A stretch of DNA of 64,000 bases from Nannocystis radixulma. Lineage in GTDB: Bacteria > Myxococcota_A > Polyangia > Nannocystales > Nannocystaceae. The notes beneath the pieces are model-generated. The model had not been told where the DNA came from, did no database searches, and saw nothing but the letters and a program-made list of their open reading frames with translations. A program made the translations under genes and the position numbers. Positions 58,714-64,000 of the stretch are shown here, piece after piece. Location of the stretch: NCBI RefSeq assembly GCF_028369095.1, contig NZ_JAQNDN010000024.1, forward strand, positions 345,350-409,349. The letters are read 5' to 3'. Numbering within the stretch: position 1 is the stretch's first letter; every line of letters starts with the position of its first letter.

Positions 58714-58866
58714 ACGCCCGGCCCGCCCCACCCAGTTCTCCCGCAGCCCCGCGCCCTCGAATCGGCCCGGCTCCTCGGGCTGATGCGTCCGGTCGGCTCC
58801 CCGCGCCTCGCATCGGCCCGCGTCCGGTCCCCGTGCCTCGCATCGGCGCCCGGCTGCTCCGACGAG

Positions 58867-60036
58867 TCACGCGCGGCCGGCGAGGGCGACGATGCGGTCC
58901 ATCATGCTCTCGACCTCGGCCTCCGTGTTGTAGAAGTGGGGCCCGAGGCGGAGGCCGCAGTTGGGGCGCCAGTCGAGCTTGTAGCGCTCGTCGATGAGGA
59001 CCTTGCTGGCCTCCTCGCTGCCCGCGAAGTCGACGGCGACGAAGCCGGTGCGGCGCTCGTGCTCGAGCGGCGAGTGGACGACGAGGCCGGCGGCCTGGGC
59101 CCGGTCGATGATCCGCTGGCACAGCGCGAGGTTGTGGGCGCGGATCCGCGGCACGCCGATCTCGTGCAGGTTCTCGTAGGCGGCGCGGGCGACGTAGTAG
59201 GCGGGGATCGAGGGCGTGCCGGCGAGGAAGTGGCGGTGGTCGTCGGCGAAGCGGATCGGCGGCGCCTCGAAGGCGAACGGGTCCTGGTGGCCCATCCAGC
59301 CGACGAGGCGCGGCCTGAGGCGCTCGCGCACCTCGGGCTTCATCCACATGAAGGCGGTGCCGGGGCCGCCGCACAGCCACTTGTGGCTGCCGCCGACGAC
59401 GATGTCGGCGTCCCACTCGGCGACGTCGATCGGGACGGCGCCGGCGGTCTGGTAGACGTCGACCATGACGAGCGCGCCGACCTCGTGGGCCCGGCGGGTG
59501 ATCGCGGTGATGTCCTGCAGGGCGCCCGAGACGTAGATGCCGTGCGACAGCGGGACGATCGCGGTCCGCTCGTCGATCGCCTCGAGCATGCGCTCGGTCG
59601 GGATCGTCATGCCGTCGTCGGAGGGCACGAGCGCGAGCTCGGCGCCGAGGTCGGTGAAGCGGTCCCACACGTAGAGGACGTTGGGGAACTGCAGCGCCTC
59701 GACGACGACGCGGTTCTTGCCGCGGGAGTACTCGAGACAGCTGGCGATCGCGGCCTGGAAGTAGGCGACGTTCTGGTTGAGGATCGTCTGTCCGGGCGGG
59801 GCATTGAGGAAGCGCGCGGCGCTGTCGGCGGTGTCGCGCATGACGTCGAGCCAGTGCGGCCACACCTCGACGCCCTCGCCGGCCCAGTCGTCGGTGTACT
59901 TCTGCAGGGCGTCGGCGGCCTGCCGCGGCATCGCGCCCATGCTGTTGCTGTTCATGTAGACCGAGTGGGCGAGGATCGGGTAGTCGCTGCGGTAGCGGGC
60001 CAGCTCGGGCTGCAGTTCGGGGCGGATCGGAGTCAC
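58867..60036 (-). CDS. kynureninase-like class-V aminotransferase (PLP enzyme)
   Basis: GTG at 60036 with AAGAGGA RBS; VVGGSHKWLCGGPG PLP-lysine region; 389 aa. Confidence 0.75.
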   Translation of the reverse strand: MTPIRPELQPELARYRSDYPILAHSVYMNSNSMGAMPRQAADALQKYTDDWAGEGVEVWPHWLDVMRDTADSAARFLNAPPGQTILNQNVAYFQAAIASCLEYSRGKNRVVVEALQFPNVLYVWDRFTDLGAELALVPSDDGMTIPTERMLEAIDERTAIVPLSHGIYVSGALQDITAITRRAHEVGALVMVDVYQTAGAVPIDVAEWDADIVVGGSHKWLCGGPGTAFMWMKPEVRERLRPRLVGWMGHQDPFAFEAPPIRFADDHRHFLAGTPSIPAYYVARAAYENLHEIGVPRIRAHNLALCQRIIDRAQAAGLVVHSPLEHERRTGFVAVDFAGSEEASKVLIDERYKLDWRPNCGLRLGPHFYNTEAEVESMMDRIVALAGRA

Positions 60037-61034
60037 GGGGCGGTCCTCTTGTTCGCTTGCAGGTCGTAGGGGCGGAACTCTTGCCGGCTGGTGCGGCGGC
60101 GGTTGAGCTCGGTCAGCTCGCTGCGGCTGTAGGCGTTCGGGCCGGTGCGAGGCAGCTGGCGGCGCACGAACTGCTCGATGATCCGGCGCGCCTCGTCGGC
60201 GGTGTCGGTGCGCACGCGATCGAGCTCCGAGACGGCCTCTTCGGGCAGCTCGCCCTCGATCGTGACGCGGTAGGCCTCGTCGCACTCGTCCCAGCGCTGG
60301 AAGATCAGCTCGCGCTTGGCCGCGGGGTCGCCGGCGCCGCTCCACAGCTCGAACAGCTCGCGCTCGAGGGTGCCGAGGCGGTAGGTCAAGATCCGCATGG
60401 TCCACTCGATCGCCATCTGCGTGCGGAGCTCGCGGGTGCGATCGAGGAACTCGCGCTTGGCGCTGGCGTCGACCTCGGGGCCGCCCATGAGGTCCTGCAG
60501 CTTGACCAGCCACTCCGAGGGGCCCGAGACGCCGAGGCCCGCCATGTTGATCTGGCGCAGGGCGGCGCGCGAGCCCTTCATCTTGTTGCCGTGCTGGTCG
60601 CGGTTCCAGCGGTCGCCGAAGCGGACGGTGCCGTCGGCGTTGAACTCGGCGGTGAAGCGCTTGCCAGGGTCGACGTACATCAGCCTGCCGTCGCGCTGGC
60701 GTGTCAGGCCGACAGCGCCGAGGGTCTCCTCGGTGACACGTTTGACCGGGCCCTTGCCGTAGGTGGCGAGCGAGCGCGGCGACGGGATCTTCGGCACGCC
60801 GGCGGGCGGTATCCCGCCCGGCGGCTCGGCGCGGGCGTTGCCCTCGGCCTCGACGGGAGGACGAGCGGCGGGGCCCGGCGCGGCCGGGCTCCACGGCACG
60901 GTCGCAGGGCCCTCGGGGGCGGGCGCGGGGGTGTTTGGGCTCGCGGGCGGCGCCGCCGGGCCCTCGGGGGCGGGCGTCGAGGCCGTGGCCGGCGCGAGGC
61001 CGAGTGCCGCGGCGAGCGCGAGCCAAACAGTCAT
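60033..61034 (-). CDS. hypothetical secreted protein
   Basis: Signal peptide MTVWLALAAALGLAPATA; PAPEGPA repeats; lower-GC, charged C-terminal domain. Confidence 0.55.
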   Translation of the reverse strand: MTVWLALAAALGLAPATASTPAPEGPAAPPASPNTPAPAPEGPATVPWSPAAPGPAARPPVEAEGNARAEPPGGIPPAGVPKIPSPRSLATYGKGPVKRVTEETLGAVGLTRQRDGRLMYVDPGKRFTAEFNADGTVRFGDRWNRDQHGNKMKGSRAALRQINMAGLGVSGPSEWLVKLQDLMGGPEVDASAKREFLDRTRELRTQMAIEWTMRILTYRLGTLERELFELWSGAGDPAAKRELIFQRWDECDEAYRVTIEGELPEEAVSELDRVRTDTADEARRIIEQFVRRQLPRTGPNAYSRSELTELNRRRTSRQEFRPYDLQANKRTAP

Positions 61035-61044
61035 GCCGATCGCG

Positions 61045-61434
61045 TCACTCGCTCTTGAGGTGGGCCTCGTACTGATCGGCGTCGAGCAGGCCGTCCAGCG
61101 CGCGCGGGTCGGCGGGACGGATCTGGATCATCCAGCCGTCGCCGTAGCAGCTGGTGTTGACCAGCTCGGGGGTGTCGTTGAGCCGCTCGTTGATCGCGAC
61201 CACCTCGCCGTCGAGCGGCGCGTACAGCTCGCTCACGGCCTTGACCGAGTCGACGGTGCCGAACGAATCACCGGCGCTGAAGCGGGCGCCGACGGTCGGC
61301 AGGCCGACGACGGTGACGTCGCCGAGGTTGTCGACCGCGTGGGCGGTGATGCCGACGACGACGGTGCCGTCGGCCTCGAGGCGGGCCCACTCGTGATCCT
61401 TGGTGTAGCGGAGGTTGCGCGGGATGTCGGACAT
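61045..61434 (-). CDS. gcvH: glycine cleavage system H protein
   Basis: YTKDHEWAR...FGTVDSVKAVSELYAPLDGEV lipoyl-lysine motif. Confidence 0.9.
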   Translation of the reverse strand: MSDIPRNLRYTKDHEWARLEADGTVVVGITAHAVDNLGDVTVVGLPTVGARFSAGDSFGTVDSVKAVSELYAPLDGEVVAINERLNDTPELVNTSCYGDGWMIQIRPADPRALDGLLDADQYEAHLKSE

Positions 61435-61446
61435 GATGAAGGCTTC

Positions 61447-61532
61447 GGGGTGGTCGGGGACAGGTCCTTGCGGACAGGTACTTGCGAACAGGGTTCTTGG
61501 AGCAGGCCCGATCGGTCAGGTGCGCGCGCAGG
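61447..61532. repeat. 14-bp phased degenerate array (~6 units) between gcvH and gcvT
   Basis: GGACAGGTCCTTGC GGACAGGTACTTGC GAACAGGGTTCTTG GAGCAGGCCCGATC GGTCAGGTGCGCGC. Confidence 0.75.
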
Positions 61533-61545
61533 GAGCGGCGGGCGC

Positions 61546-62667
<1,122 letters not shown>

Positions 62668-62720
62668 GATGGTTCCCCGTTCCCATAGCCAACTTCGGCC
62701 CCCGCGGGAAGGGCCGCGGC

Positions 62721-63890
62721 GTGCTACACCCCCGGTCGATGCGCTCCGAGAGTGAACCCGGAAGCAAGCCTCGCGGCGCCTCCGCGAGCGTTCGCGCGCG
62801 ATTTGCGCCCGCGGCCGCGCTGGCGTCGTGCGTCGTCCTCCTCGCAGCGGGCTGCGCGGCGCGCAAGGGCGTGCCCCCGACCGGCCACAACTCGTTCGGC
62901 CAGGGCACGCGCTACATCCAAAAGGCGGTCCGCAGCAGCAACGAGGGCGTGATCATCCTGCCGTCGAAGCGGGCCGAGAACCTGTTCGACCTGCAGCGCC
63001 TGAACGAGATCGCCCAGGCCCTGCGCCCGCCCGCCGCGGCGTGCTTCGTCAACCGCGCCATCGAGACGATGAAGCGGGGCAAGCGCGACGGCGAGGAGAC
63101 GTACGTCGACGTGCCCGAGGGCCAGGTCAAGATCCGCACGCGCCTGTCGCCCGACGGCGAGGTGCTGCGCACCGAGGTGCTCGACACCGGCTTCAAGGAC
63201 CCGGAGATCGAGCCCTGCATCATGGAGGCGATCCAGGGCCGCAAGTGGATCAAGAACCGCAGCGGGGTGGTGCAGTATCTCGACGTGATCTACTGGGTCA
63301 GCCTCGGAGATGGCGCGGAGGACAGGTCGCCGCAGGCCCAGGCCGAGCTGCGCCGGCAACAGGCGGTCGCCGCCATCCGCGGCAAGGGCTGCCTCGAGCG
63401 CCGCGTCGGCGCCGGGACGTACCCGGTCGAGGGCCTCAACCTGGTCGACCGCGAGGGCAACACGCTGGTCAGCCGCGTCGAGCCCAATTCGCTGCCGCAG
63501 AAGGTCCAGGATTGCCTGTCGGTGGTGCTGCGCGACATCCAGATGCCGCGCGCGCCCAACTCGTTCGTCCGCCCGGTGTCGCCCAGGGTCGAGTACACGG
63601 TCGCGACCGACGGCACGGTCTCGTTCGCCGACGAGCGCTGGATCAACCTGGTCCTGATGGAAGAGAAGGCGGCCCGCGAAGACCGCCTGGCGGAGGTCGA
63701 TCGCGGGCTCGGGATCGCCAAGCCCGAGGAGGCGCCAGAGACCACGACGCCGGAGCCGGAAGGCGAGCCGGCCGCGGCCGGCACGGCGAGCGAGCCGGCG
63801 AGCGAGCCGAGCGAGCCGGCGCAGGACCCGGGGCAGGCGGGCATCAAGCTCAAGCTCGGCGGGCACCGCCGCAGCGAAGCGCCGCGCTGA
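62721..63890 (+). CDS. hypothetical lipoprotein
   Basis: [12 protein letters not shown] lipobox; the start is probably at about 62739 (MRSESEPG); acidic PE-rich C-terminus. Confidence 0.55.
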   Translation: MLHPRSMRSESEPGSKPRGASASVRARFAPAAALASCVVLLAAGCAARKGVPPTGHNSFGQGTRYIQKAVRSSNEGVIILPSKRAENLFDLQRLNEIAQALRPPAAACFVNRAIETMKRGKRDGEETYVDVPEGQVKIRTRLSPDGEVLRTEVLDTGFKDPEIEPCIMEAIQGRKWIKNRSGVVQYLDVIYWVSLGDGAEDRSPQAQAELRRQQAVAAIRGKGCLERRVGAGTYPVEGLNLVDREGNTLVSRVEPNSLPQKVQDCLSVVLRDIQMPRAPNSFVRPVSPRVEYTVATDGTVSFADERWINLVLMEEKAAREDRLAEVDRGLGIAKPEEAPETTTPEPEGEPAAAGTASEPASEPSEPAQDPGQAGIKLKLGGHRRSEAPR

Positions 63891-63902
63891 ACCTGACGTC
63901 AG

Positions 63903-63950
63903 GGACATGTCGAATAGGGCATGTCCGGGCGGGCATGTCGTGATGGCCAG
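63903..63950. repeat. 14-bp phased array, 3 units
   Basis: GGGACATGTCGAAT AGGGCATGTCCGGGC GGGCATGTCGTGAT. Confidence 0.75.
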
Positions 63951-64000
63951 GTAGGCGAACGACGTCAGCGGGCCGGGCCGCGGACCATGACGCGGCCGCG

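Noticed and set aside
57159-58731. Several 400-520-aa ORFs (57159..58715 -, 57268..58731 -, 57371..58037 + and others) across the repeat locus
   Set aside because: Mutually overlapping, low-complexity, generated by the tandem and inverted repeats. The reading frames shift between repeat units. No start or RBS context.
62668-62738. Glycine riboswitch upstream of gcvT
   Set aside because: Only ~55-70 nt of leader are available before the divergent lipoprotein gene. The conserved GGAGAG...CACCGAAGG aptamer features are not recognisable. Regulation may be elsewhere.

Overview
This is a 64 kb, ~72% GC chromosomal segment with a Myxococcota-like flavour: several Ser/Thr kinases, an ECF sigma factor, many lipoproteins, a myxo-type Cys-rich repeat protein and a TSP3-OmpA protein. 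Gene density is high and the content is mostly housekeeping: the trpEGDCF operon, glyA, gcvT/gcvH, typA, rlmE, tldD/pmbA, maf, yggS, mtaB and rluE. There is also a FAS-II-like KAS / KS-N-like / dehydratase / FabG / flavin-dependent halogenase module of aryl-polyene/xanthomonadin type, and a three-subunit HcnABC/opine-oxidase-like dehydrogenase. Many of the long six-frame ORFs are GC artefacts lying antisense to real genes, for example 50..2383 +, 1775..4420 - and the N-terminal part of 7049..10048 -. The most striking signal is not a gene. It is a dispersed family of short repeats with a palindromic GGACATGTCC core, including a hairpin variant CTGTCC-N3-5-GGACAG. These occur as tandem arrays with a strict 14-bp phase in about 30 places. 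Most arrays are intergenic, but several lie in-frame inside coding sequences, where they add DMS/DMP-type peptide segments; examples are the KS-N-like protein, the anti-sigma linker and the trpG tail. The family culminates in a complex ~1.36 kb locus at 57.5-58.9 kb: three 61-bp direct repeats, two inverted 138-bp MITE-like elements carrying the same core, and about eight 64-bp tandem repeats between them. No tRNA, rRNA or CRISPR was found. Hand-counted coordinates may be off by 1-2 bp.
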